This document shows positions 1 to 11,503 of a stretch of DNA of 64,000 bases, one piece after another. Both the position numbers and the translations under genes were made by a program. How positions within the stretch are numbered: position 1 is the first letter of the stretch; every line of letters starts with the position of its first letter. Origin of the DNA: Psilocybe cubensis (lineage: Eukaryota); assembly GCA_017499595.2 (NCBI GenBank), contig CM039002.1:2852001-2916000 (forward strand). The letters are read 5' to 3'. The notes below the pieces were generated by a model. That model was not told the origin of the DNA, did no database searches, and saw only the letters and a list, made by a program, of their open reading frames with translations.

Positions 1-548
1 ATTCAGGTGTCATTTTTGCCGCTGATATCTACCGACCCGCCTTCTCGGCCACCTCTCCCTACATTGTCAACACAATCAGGGATAATGAGCATTTCCTCTG
101 GATCGGCGCTGGACTATGGGCTGTAAGTTATATCCGCTACCCAATATCCTATGTCGAATTTTCTAACAATTTGCTCTAGTTTGCTGAACTGTCCAATCTC
201 CATACTCACTTGACCGTCAGCGCTTTGCGCCCACCTGGCACCCGCAAGAGGGGCATTCCTTACGGCTACGGATTTAACCTCGTCTCCTTCCCCAACTATT
301 TCTTCGAAACTCTCGGATGGGTTGTTATCACCGGAATGTCCGGAAGTATCGGCGGTTAGTTGCCTTTTCGCATCTTCAAAAAATTATAACTTTGGACTGA
401 CGTCGTATACTTTATAGTGGCTTTCTTCACTGTTGTATCGTTCTACACCATGGCCATCTGGGCTATCAAAAAGCACAAAAACTACAAGAAAGAATTCGGT
501 AAAGAATACCCCAGGAACCGAAAGGCTATTATTCCTTTCATTCTGTAG
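1..548 (+). CDS. TSC13: 3' part of very-long-chain enoyl-CoA reductase (TECR/TSC13, steroid 5-alpha-reductase family); 5' end outside window
   Basis: Spliced translation gives LRPPGTRKRGIPYGYGFNLVSFPNYFFETLGW and WAIKKHKNYKKEFGKEYPRNRKAIIPFIL*. Two GT-AG introns are visible; stop TAG at 546-548. Confidence 0.9.
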
Positions 549-738
549 AGTAGCACTAATAACTACTTCGGTCGTTTCCAGTAAAATGATTTACATGTAA
601 TATAAATCATTTGATGGAACACTCATTACTTGATTACATATAATTGAACGGGTTAGAATGTCCTTTGTATCGATTATAAAACAAAGGTTTGAAACCTGGT
701 TTTAGCATTGAAAAACAATCAAATGGCAAAAACTAAGT

Positions 739-842
739 AGCCCACCGCGAGGGTCGAACTCGCAGCCTTCAGATGCCTTGATCGCCTAACGAGTCAGACG
801 CCCGTAAAAGTCTGACGCTCTATCCGATTGAGCTAGGCGGGC
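739..842 (-). tRNA. tRNA-Lys(UUU) with 30-nt intron (775-804)
   Basis: Reverse complement reads GCCCGCC-TAGCTCAATCGGATAGAGC-G-TCAGA-CTTTTA-[intron]-A-TCTGA-AGGCT-GCGAGTTCGACCCTCGC-GGTGGGC-T. Acceptor, D, anticodon and T stems all pair; the intron sits one base 3' of the anticodon. Confidence 0.93.
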
Positions 843-938
843 ATGTTTGTGAATGAATTTGTGCTTATATAACAAATGTTCTAAGCTACAGCGCTTGACG
901 CGGCGGTTGTCAGCTCGCCTGCGAACTTACTCTCCGCC

Positions 939-2170
939 ATGTCGTCCGTCCTTGGTTTACGACTGCTACGGCCCAGCTGTGCTGTCAATCGCCTGCAATG
1001 TCGTCTCAAATATCGAAATATGTCCCGAACGCACGGTTCCATTCTAACTCACGATCCAATCAAACTGGAGTGCACCGAGTTCATACCCAGCGACGGAAAT
1101 GCTACCCAAGGACCTTTGATCATCCTACACGGGCTTTTGTGAGGAACGGCGTCTAGAAGTACGGAGTATGAGGCTGATATGTGTGTTGAAGTGGGTCAAA
1201 GAGGAACTGGGTATCCATGTGTAAGGCATTCCACTCACAAATGCCGACGCACCCAATATACGCGCTCGATCTTCGCAATCATGGAACATCACCACATGCC
1301 ACTCCAATGACATATGAAGCTATGGCTGGCGATGTGCATGCGTTCATTCAAGAGCGAGGAATGAAGGACGTTTCATTACTTGGACATTCTATGTGAGTTT
1401 TTCTGATATTGAGAAAGATCCCTCTAACGCATATGTAGGGGCGGAAAAGTCGCCATGTCTTATGCTCTTTCCCTTGAAAAGTGGAATGTGTCACCAGGAA
1501 CGCTAGGAAAACTTATCATCGCGGATATTGCCCCGTCAATAGGCAACCTTTCTCCAGAATTCATTCGTTACATCGGTGCAATGCAGAAGATTGAAGCGCT
1601 TCCTTTTGGCAAGATCAAAACACGAACGGATGCCGATCACATACTTCAAGCATACGAATCAGTTCGTCTATATTATAGTCATAATTAATTTAAAAACTGA
1701 TTGTTATTATTCAGGACGTGTCTGTTCGTCAATTCCTACTCACAAATCTTCGACTGCCACATGCACATGAGCCGTCGAAAGCCAAATTCATTGTCCCTTT
1801 GTCCATACTTTCAAAATCTATGGAAGCCTTGGGTTCATTTCCTTACGAATTTAATGCGGCAGATAACATAGTCCCGGTAACCTTTGATGGCCCAACGCTT
1901 GCTATCAAGGGCACCAAGAGCCCGTGCGTTAAGTTTTCGGTTATGTTGATTGATGCTAAAGAGCATTTAACAGGTATATAAACCATAAAAATATTCCGGC
2001 TTTGAGAGCATTTTTCCCTAATGTACAACTGGAAGAGCTCGATGCTAATCATTGGGGTACAAAATTTCCTTTTCTCGCAATCCCTTGCTTTACTAATTTC
2101 CATTGTAGTGCATGCCGAAAAACCTCATGAATTCAAGAAATTGGTCGTCGATTTTTTAAACGATAACTAG
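939..2170 (+). CDS. Alpha/beta hydrolase, ABHD11/YbfF-like, probably mitochondrial
   Basis: Spliced motifs PLIILHGL, DLRNHGTSPH, LLGHSMGGKVAM (GxSxG nucleophile across an intron), DIAP and HWVHAEKP. The Arg-rich N-terminus resembles a mitochondrial presequence. Confidence 0.88.
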
Positions 2171-2394
2171 AATCAATAGAAACCCCGAGATGCACCCTAT
2201 AGGCTCGTTCATCTATGCCCCCGATTTGACCCTCACATCCGCAAAACCGGACAATACTCCTTAGAGACCTAATCCGCGAAAATCTGAATATGTATATAAG
2301 GGAGCTTCCCGGGGCGCTATCTATGGAGGTACATTTATAGATGTTTCTTTATTGCCTTTGGTTATTGTATCCAGCCTATACCACGATTTCCCTT

Positions 2395-2848
2395 TCAAAG
2401 CGAGCCCAGAAGGCCCCCACCACCACCACCCAGGACTCCCCCGGAACCACCCAGAATGCCATTCACAACTGGGAAACGCATTAGCAATCTCGCTCACTGT
2501 ACTCTCATTACTATAGGCTACTCACGGGGACCAACCACTGGTAACCCTGACAACAATGGCCCGACTATAGGAATACTGTCCAACAAACTCGGCCTTTCGA
2601 CTGCCACTGTTGTAACGGCAGGTTGTACGACTGGTTCGTCGACTCTGTGATAACGATGCCAGTGGTAAGTATTGGTGCGGTTAAAATCTATGATTGTGCA
2701 GTGTTTCAGTAGAATTGGTCAAGCATTGACGCCAACAATTCTCACCTCCGTCGGTTGCTTCTCTGTTACCAACGACATCAGGCAGTGGTGTGGCCAAAGC
2801 GTTTTGGACAAAAGCAACAGCAGTGAGGGCGATGAAAATTTTAAGCAT
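2395..2848 (-). CDS. Small secreted Cys-free protein (112 aa) with hydrophobic, Gly-rich C-terminus
   Basis: Three exons (2746-2848, 2526-2687, 2395-2468) joined by canonical GT-AG introns give one open frame: MLKIFIALTAVAFVQNALATPLPDVVGNREATDGDFNRTNTYHWHRYHRVDEPVVQPAVTTVAVERPSLLDSIPIVGPLLSGLPVVGPLVNGILGGSGGVLGGGGGGLLGSL*. Absent from the ORF track. Confidence 0.85.
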
Positions 2849-3602
2849 GATTTACGTCTGATATCTGAAGCTCTGAGCCTGGTTGCGTTGGATAAGTATT
2901 TGGGGATGCAAAGATTGGTTTATATCGTCTCCAGAATATTTTTTATCTCGCATACTTGTCTCATAGCCTCCTTGAGAGAAGCAGCTTTTCGTCATAAAGG
3001 CTGTGACCTGTTTAACTACGCCACTGGCGTCTCGTAGGATCAAACCTCTAAACGCACTTTATCAGAGGTTAATTTAGTACCCTTGTGTACTGATTATGCA
3101 TTTTAGATCGCTGAGTGGGCATATGGCCTCCATAATGTTCAATACACTCGCCTCCAAGCACAAACAGACTATATTCGGGTAGCAATTACCCAGTTTAAAG
3201 ATCATTGGCGCCATGTGTATGTGATCTTTGGTTTACACTCGAGAAGATGTCACTTTATTATAGTGTCCCGTCGGGCAGTTGAAGGATCCTCTTGTGGCGA
3301 TGATGATTCTAGAGCATACCCTCTCATGGTATAAGTGCCTTCATACCTCTTGACGTCATGGTTCATCAATAAAATAAGGAATTCGGACCACAGGAAACAG
3401 GATGTGCTGCCAAGAAGAATCATTAGCATGGATGGACCCATGTACTCACCACTAATGTGGTATCGCTGTGGTCAGACCAGAGGCCAAATTCCAAATTTTG
3501 CTTTGCAGTTTCACCCCTTCATAAAGTAAAGACAGTGGTACAGCGTAGGCAAAGTCAGGTAATAATGATATCTTGCACATCTACAAACCAGTAGAGAAAG
3601 GG

Positions 3603-5313
3603 TCAGTTCAAAGCAACAGCCTCCATCGAATATGAGTCTTCCGTCCACACAGACTTGGCGAAGTTGTCACAGGCTTCACGCAGTCGATCTCGCAGCTCCT
3701 GAGAACCCTCAGACCCGGTCAGGCGTGATTCATCCGGCGTCAATGAATAGGAGCTGAATCGGTGGTGAGAGATGACCACTATTGGCGGTGGAGGATACAT
3801 ATGTGTGGGCTCCTTTATAGGCGACGGCGAAGGTTCGTTGTATGGAAATCTCCCCGCGGTGGAATGTGAGCTGAACGACCCGGGTTTTGTCGTTGTAGGG
3901 GAAGAAGCGTTGGTGATATTGCCCAGCGGTGATGGGGTGAGCACACGAGACGTTTTCGACGGTTTGGGAGGTAGTGGAAGTGGCTTTCCCATGTGTGCCG
4001 ACGACTCCCCGCTCGAATTCGGCGACACCTGACTAGGAGGGAAGGTGTATGCGGGCGGTCTATAATGATCTCTATACCGCTTTACCTCGTGTATTGGCGA
4101 TATTGATTTGTTCCCGGTTTGCGAATCGGGGATGTATCCAAAACGCTTTACAGATCGCGGTGATTGCTCGACGATGCTAACATCGGGGGAGGAGTTAGAG
4201 GACGTTGACCCTCGATTTCTGACCTGCAAGGAACGGCGGTTCTTGGATGACGGGTTCTGCACCCGACGCGGAATACTGATGCGGTGGCTCTCTGCACCAT
4301 AATACATGTCTATGTCGAACACATCTGGGTAAGGGAGTGTGTCTTTCTCTGCATCTGTGAGAACCGGATTGTAGGGAGAGCTAATGATATTTATTTGAGG
4401 CGAGCCACTGTGTTCACTTTCCTCTATCAGAGTGTCCAGACGCCGCTTTGCAGGGGTGCTCGTAATATATGACGCAACTCTGGCCACCAAACGTTCCGTG
4501 ACAGAGATATCACTGGTCCATGAAGGTTCGTCGCACACGGTATCAGAGGCAACTGAGAGCACATGGGAAGGCCCAAATCCAATGGTCTTTACAGAATCAG
4601 GAATGTTAAGAGACCGTCGGGGGCCGCGAATAGGCGCCGAGTTCCGAGGAGAGTTGAATAAACTGTCCTCCTCCAAGTCAATATTTAGCTCTGCGCTCTC
4701 CGCGATTTTCGACGGCTTAGTAGGTTTCTCCCGTGCTACCGCCTTCATAGGAATATCTTCATTGCCCGTTGAGTACACGAGCGGTGATACACGGGGAGCC
4801 GGCGTAGGTGTGTCGGAGAAGTCATGATGCAGGCTCATAGTCGGCGTGCATGGTGTTACGATAACAGCAGGGACAGGACCAGACGGAGGTCGCGGAGGGC
4901 GACGAGGAGGCTTTTGCGTATAGGTCCAGTCCTGGATCATAAACGTGGGAGGAACAAACCGACTGTATCTCTCTCTTTTCTTTCCCTTATCTGGCTTTGG
5001 CATCGGCTGCCGGTTCGTCGACCGTCGAAGACTTGGATGTCGCAGAAACTGCTGCTTCGATTCCTGCCAAGCAGCTACTGATCTATGAGCGATAACATGA
5101 CTAGATTACGACCAAGCGTTGCACACCTAGCGGATCAGTATCAACAGCACGTTCATTGGGTCTCTTCTGCCTATTTTGCAACCTGGGTCCCGCAGGGCTT
5201 TTGGTGGCCAGAGGTAAGATAGTGGGCTGCGTTGTTGTAATCTCCGCTCCACGCAGGCACGCAAGGAATACAATCCACAGCCGCCCAAGCACCGCAAGAA
5301 CCCCAGAAACCAT
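3603..5313 (-). CDS. Hypothetical Ser/Pro-rich disordered protein
   Basis: 466-aa ORF 3603-5003 plus a probable upstream exon starting MVSGVLAVLGRLW at 5313, with an intron near 5083-5126. No recognised domain. Confidence 0.65.
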
Positions 5314-5926
5314 AAATACCGAGAAGAAAGAGAACTTAGACAGAAACGCAGTCTTGAAGAGCGGACATTTCAAAATCGACAGTGTTTTAAAAACGATGCG
5401 GCTGACTTGAGAACTAGCCAGAGGTTGTCAGACCAGCAGATATCTGGTGGCTGCCAGTTGAAACCAAAGTGTCTCCAGATTGAACAGCAATAAGGAAACC
5501 ATCGTGGAGAGGTGAAAAAAGCCAGAGTCCGCTGTCAGATCGCAGAGGGTCTACATCCTCCCGACGCCGCGTAAATCGCTGAGAACGAAAAAAACTTTAA
5601 TACCATTTGGCATAAAAGCATCATGTCGACTGGTATATTCCAAGGAACATAAACGGACTGCCAAAAAGAAACGAGGGCACGAGAACAACTCAGAAGCGAA
5701 TTGTGCGAACTTGGAGCATTGCCACCGACACGGTGATGCTGAATTTTTATTGTTTATCTCCCTTGTTCTGGGAAACTCTGCTGGTGGGAACATCCTGGAA
5801 TATCGTCCACCTGGTGGTCGATCGAGTGGCTGGCAGGGGACCCAGGCCAAGAGCCTGAATTGAGATTTTTTATATATGGGACCATCGGATCAAAATCAAC
5901 GTTTATATAGGTCTGTTGTTTGCCGC

Positions 5927-7895
5927 ATGTCGTGGGGCTTCCTTCCTTCGACTACCCACCATCTTGTGGCTTTCGACGACATCGTGCAGCATAAACGAAC
6001 GCGCGGGCGCGACATTGCACAAGATCGAGTATGGAGGAGACGCGATTTCGTAGGAAGCCCTGGAATCGAACAAAATCGGTGCGCCTCTGATTTTACGTCT
6101 AAAATATAACTTTGCAACTGATGGATAAACCTCGATATCACGTATAGCGGTTGTCAAAACACACCTCTCAGCCAGAACTGCAATTATCACACCGAGATCG
6201 ACCCCACTTTCAATGCCAGGATTGTGGCTTTGTAAACACCCTCCTTCCCTTGTGTCTTTGGTGTCCATGGAACCCCAAGGGGCCAGAACACGTTGTTAAA
6301 CCAACCAACCAGCTGAGGAGACGCGCCAGTGCACCCGCGACAGCATTCATTTGGATAGACGCCCAGAACCTCGCAGGGTATCAACAGATGTTGTTGGTTA
6401 CGCGGACCAAAGACAACACGGATTCGCCTCTTCAGGAGAACGAAGATCTGGGTCGGTTGTTGAATTTCAAGCATCGCCTTGGCTTCGCTAGCCATGATGA
6501 TATCACCAAGCTGGGGAATATGGAATCGTCGCGTAGCTCTGGTACTATAGCATCCACCGAAGCCGTTGCTACAGCAACTCGCAAGGTAAAGTTGTTATAA
6601 CATAAGGCTCTCTGTATTCCATTGACAGTCTCCTTTCTTCCTAATAGCCTTCCGTGGTATTTGCTTTGGCTCAAACTACCCAGCAGGGCGAAGCTGAGCT
6701 GCCTCCTGCGACGCGTACACGAAGTTTGACATCGCCCTCTCTTCCCAGTGAAGAGCAGCCGACGGTTCCAAGCGTTGACCGCTCCCTTATGACATCCAAG
6801 AAACGCTCTCGAACGCTCAGACTCAAAGGGTCTCACCAGCCTCTCACCATCGACATCCATGGAGCAAACTTGGGCCCATCCTCAGTCTCTGTCGACGCAA
6901 ATAAAGTCCCGAACAACATTGACACCAAGCCATCGCCTGAATTGACTGAGCAACAGCAACGCACTTTACGCCGAAGGAAACATCTTAATGTCTTGCAAAC
7001 CTCTCTTCCCGTTTCGAATGCTGCGGAACCTATTCCAATTTCTCTTAATCTACACACCACAGATGACGCTCGTCACTCGAGGGGCCTTTCCCCACCTCGG
7101 TCCATTGCAACTGATAGCAGCGACCCCACGACCCCACCCCAGACCCCAATATTGACAATAACGCCCCCGACTAGTGCCCCCGCCGGACCAGCCTCTAATA
7201 GCCCGGGGTCGAGCCCTGTTCGTCTCGGTCACCCCAGTAGACCATATTACTCCGCAATCCGCAAAAATGGTATTACTTCTCGTCCACTTTCTTCCAGCGG
7301 CCCTTCTACAACCGGGTCCTCTAGACCGCAGTCATACACGCCACCCTCCACCACATCAGCTCTGAGCAGTACCACGGCTTCCCGCCACCTCTCCATGTCA
7401 GCCATGTTTGTCAGTCCCCTGTCCTCATCGCCCCCAGGTGTGCCTTCCGCTTTTTCTGTCATGGATGACGTAGATAACGACGACGACGAACCCATGCCGA
7501 TCCTGCCGCCTACGCCAGCCCCTGTGCGAACAAGGTTTTCTTTGTCATCTGAGAAGAGGCGGTTCTCCCACGCACCCATCTTGAACTTGCAGACGAATGC
7601 ACCTAAGCACACATATTCACAATCCTTATCCCAGGCAAGGTCGAAAGGCCCAAGGGGCAGCATTGGTTTTTCGATGAGCGGGGAAACAGAACTACGGATG
7701 GCGTTGGCTGCCGAAGCTGCCATGTCCGGAACGTCTTCTGGCAGCGGATTTAGGTTCAGAGAATCGGCTGTGCCTCCAGTGGTTACCCAGGAGGACGTTG
7801 TCAACGCCAATGGAGTATCGCATCCTCGACGAAACAGTTTCATGGGCCGGGTGAGGAAACTACGACAGGGACTGAAAGAAATGCTCCTCTCATGA
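5927..7895 (+). CDS. Hypothetical Ser/Pro/Thr-rich protein with N-terminal CxxC..CxxC motif
   Basis: ORFs 6151-6600 (CQDCGFVNTLLPLCLWC) and 6654-7895 are linked by a GT-AG intron near 6586-6647. The start exon is inferred. Confidence 0.65.
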
Positions 7896-10357
7896 CTTCT
7901 ACGACTTTATTCAACGACCACCACGGCATGGGCGCTTTATCCCTTCACCGATTTTTGGCATTTCACATCTTGTACTAACAGTCATAATTTCTTCCATCAT
8001 TCTACTCATCTTCAACAACCTTACACGCTTCTATTGATGTCCTTTATGCTTTCGCGTTTTCATTGTATTCTCATTTTTTTACTGGAACACATATATCTAC
8101 CCAAGTCCCAAAGTCATATCATCATCATGGTATGCCAATGGCTGGACCCGTTGTTGCTTTGTATTCTGTAGTGTTCACACTTTCACTCTTCTTTTTGATG
8201 TCACCTTAGTGACAAACAACGTAGGCTTCTATAATGTCGCGTTCATACATACAAAATTTACAACTCTCCTGTGATATTATTAAACCACAACCATTCGGAA
8301 ACAGTTCACTGCATTTGCTGTAATCTGTATCTATGTCAGTGCAATTTTTTGAGTCCTTAGGGGTATTTACTGTCGTTGTGTACAGTGAAGGCCTATTCAA
8401 TTGTGCATACCACCGGATATCCAATCTATGTTCAGCCGGTAAAGGTTCTAGATTGAACCTCATTCTGGAGCTCAGTCGTTACTAGTACTACTACTAGTAG
8501 ATATGTAGGTTAGGTTCGAGTTCAAGTTCGAATTGATAAACAGTGCGTTCTGGTCTTGCTAAGAGTAGAAGTAGTACCTTGACTGAGTTAAGATCGTTCA
8601 GAGAGCCTTGACATACTCGAGTTGTGGATGATGAGGTGGAACTCGAAAAGACGCTTCGCCGCGATTACTGGCCGTGGGAAATTCTGCATCTGTTTCTGTG
8701 TCTTGTTCTACTGACATAGATTACAGTTAAAGCCTGCCCATAGCAGGTAAAAGTCGTATGTAATTGCGTGCCGCCACTCAAATCCAAAATTACAATTGTG
8801 TAGACCGAGGTCTGTGACACAGAAGGATGAGCGATGTATAAAATTGGTGTTGCACAATCCCTGATAGCGTGACAGGCAGGGATAATCACGCGTCACGCAA
8901 GGTTTTGTCACAAAACCTGATACATGCCTATATTTCTTCATTCTAGACAGTTACCTTCTTATAATTCAGAACTAATGAAGTCCAACACACATATAACACA
9001 CATTTGAGTCTTAAAAGTAAGGCTTGAATGCAAATAGTACATGAAATAAGCGATTTATCAAAAATCACATGATGATAACAAAGAGAACTTGCATGCTGCA
9101 GATCTGAGAAATATGGTTTGGAATTTGAGATGAGAATAGACATGTTGACTTTAAAAAACCGAGCATTTATCATCTTGAATCATGAAAATCGGTGCAGAAT
9201 TCATGTAGATATGCTCTCTCGTCTAAACATGGTCAATGCTGAATGACACGGCCAAAAATAGACGCGGCTGAGAGTGGCTCCCGCTCCCAGCCATCCAAAG
9301 GCCAAAAATTGTTAAAGGTGTAAAATGGTCATTTCTTCACCAAATCTCATGATTTTAACTGCGATGGAATGCTGTTTTAAAGGGCATTTTAGTTCAACGA
9401 TATATAATGTAATCAATAACATCTATGATATATATAATGGTAGTAATATTGATCCATAACCAGTATTTGGCTATCAACTCATTACAGCCTCAAAACTGCA
9501 AGTAGTTTTGCAGACATAAAGTAATCTAATTTCTATATGCCACAACTCTATCAGAGCAGATTTTTTATATTGTGCCTCTAAGTATGTTAAAGTGCCTATT
9601 TTACATGTATATCTCAGAAACCAGGAAGAATTTCAAAATTCGGCTCTGATAGGTCGATTCCAAATTCAATTCTAATGAACAAAACTCTACAGATCATACC
9701 TATATGTGTATTTCTTGAGGAGATAATGCATAAATATCTTTGAGGTCTAAATTTGGCAGGCAAAACACCTTGATTAAGCATTTAAAACACATTGACAACT
9801 TTTTACAGCTAATTAATACCATAGGTACAGAGATAAACTATCTTCTGCCTCTATTGACATAAAAAATGGCGAAACCTTGATTTGTGCAAAGCACAAACTC
9901 AATGTCTCAAGAAATTGCCTGGTCACAGGTGTGACCTCGCCTGTCACTTGGTGTCACACTAACCGGGGATTGGACATCCCCAATAAAATAACTGTGTTCC
10001 AGGTCTCCCTAGGTTATCCACGCCGAACCCTTTCATTAGAGCTGGAAACGGGTTCAACTTTGACGATGGTCTCCACCCGACTATTGTCATTTGAAATTAG
10101 AGCATTGCCGATCTCACCATGAACTCGTTTGCTTCTATGGCTAACGCAAAGGCCATCCAAGGAGTTGATGGCTGAGCTCGAGGGAGTGGCTGGAGGAGTA
10201 ACTGTATTGATCTTTCAAAATTTTGCATTATCGCTGACCGTAAACAGTGGCAGAGTCTGGCCTTGTTTGCCGGAAGTTGTGTGTAAATTGAAGGTCCGAT
10301 TAGTCGGCGCCTCAAAGTACCGATACTCTATCACGTGTCAAATAATGAACTTCATGC

Positions 10358-10935
10358 CACGCCGGACAAAAATGCTGACCAATTAGCCTGGGTGTTGTCC
10401 TGACCAGTGACGTGACTAGTACCGTGACCAATTTCATAGTGTCACACATATGTTGTCACGCTAATTCATCATTAGCACTGCCGGCGACGACTACTGTAAG
10501 TTAAACAAACAGCCATTATTTTACATGTTTTATGTATGTTCAGCTGTAAGTTCGACATACATCATGACTTACACTCAAATAATTTCCATAAAAGGCGATT
10601 ATTTGAGTGTAAGTAGACTGTATGTTGAACTTACAGCTGAACTTACATAAAACATGTAAAACAATGGCTGTTTGTTCAACTTACAGCAGTCATCGCCCGC
10701 AGTGTAGCAGGCTCAACAGTAAATAACATATTACTTGATTGTTTAACATTTCTTCTTACTCCGCACTGAATTAAAACGCAAGACAATCAAATAATTTGCC
10801 ATTTACTGTCGAGCCTGCTAATGATGAATTAGCGTGACAACATATGTGTGACACTATGAAATTGGTCACGGTACTAGTCACGTCACTGGTCAGGACAACA
10901 CCCAGGCTAACTGGTCAGCATTTTTGTCCGGCGTG
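10358..10935. mobile_element. Non-autonomous foldback/MITE element, CACTA(CMC)-like, outer element of a nested pair
   Basis: Begins CACGCCGGACAAAAATGCTGACC and ends GGTCAGCATTTTTGTCCGGCGTG. Near-perfect inverted arms exceed 130 bp once the insert is removed. 3-bp TSD TGC at 10355-57 and 10936-38. Confidence 0.88.
10476..10704. mobile_element. 229-bp palindromic CACTG-ended MITE inserted in the left arm of the outer element
   Basis: CACTGCCGGCGACGACTACTGTAAG...CTTACAGCAGTCATCGCCCGCAGTG with ~105-bp imperfect arms. 3-bp TSD TAG at 10473-75 and 10705-07. Confidence 0.88.
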
Positions 10936-11503
10936 TGCACTGCTGGTAGTCTCGACTCCAGACAATCCGGATATACCAGGTTTCACACGGTGTAAAATAC
11001 GTCAAAAACCAACAGGAAACATAATTACCGATACATATTTTGTATTTTTCTCGTATATAGAGTTCGGGGTTACCCAATCCCGAAGCCTATATTCCAATAA
11101 AATACGTCAAAAAAATGTAGGAAACATAAACACTGGGTCTTATTTTCTTTGAAAATATGTATGAGCGCCAGCGGTGGATCAAATCCAGGACCACCGGCCA
11201 GCAAGCCCAAGTTTCGTATATATGAACAAGACAGGCGAGATATCATTCTAAATTACTCTTATCGCCACCACTTACTGAAGTAACTATGCTTTGTTATTTT
11301 GGCAGACAATTTGAACCCTATGAGCATCGAATCAATTTTGCCAGATCTTCAAACCAACGTTGAGTCGAAGCACTCTCGTATAAGTAGTATCAGCTGAAAA
11401 GATTGCTTAAAACATCTGTTTCCCAAGAGAATTAGTGATACATTAAAGCTAAAGATACATTATGGGGGTATAATACACTGTCCAATGATATAAAATTGTG
11501 AAA

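Noticed and set aside
10990-11135. Direct repeat AAAATACGTCAAAAA...AGGAAACATAA in two copies
   Set aside because: Two short imperfect copies only; not an array or LTR pair, and CRISPR is not applicable to this eukaryotic DNA.
10844-11152. 102-aa ORF overlapping the MITE arm
   Set aside because: Derived from repeat sequence, with no protein features or transposase motifs.
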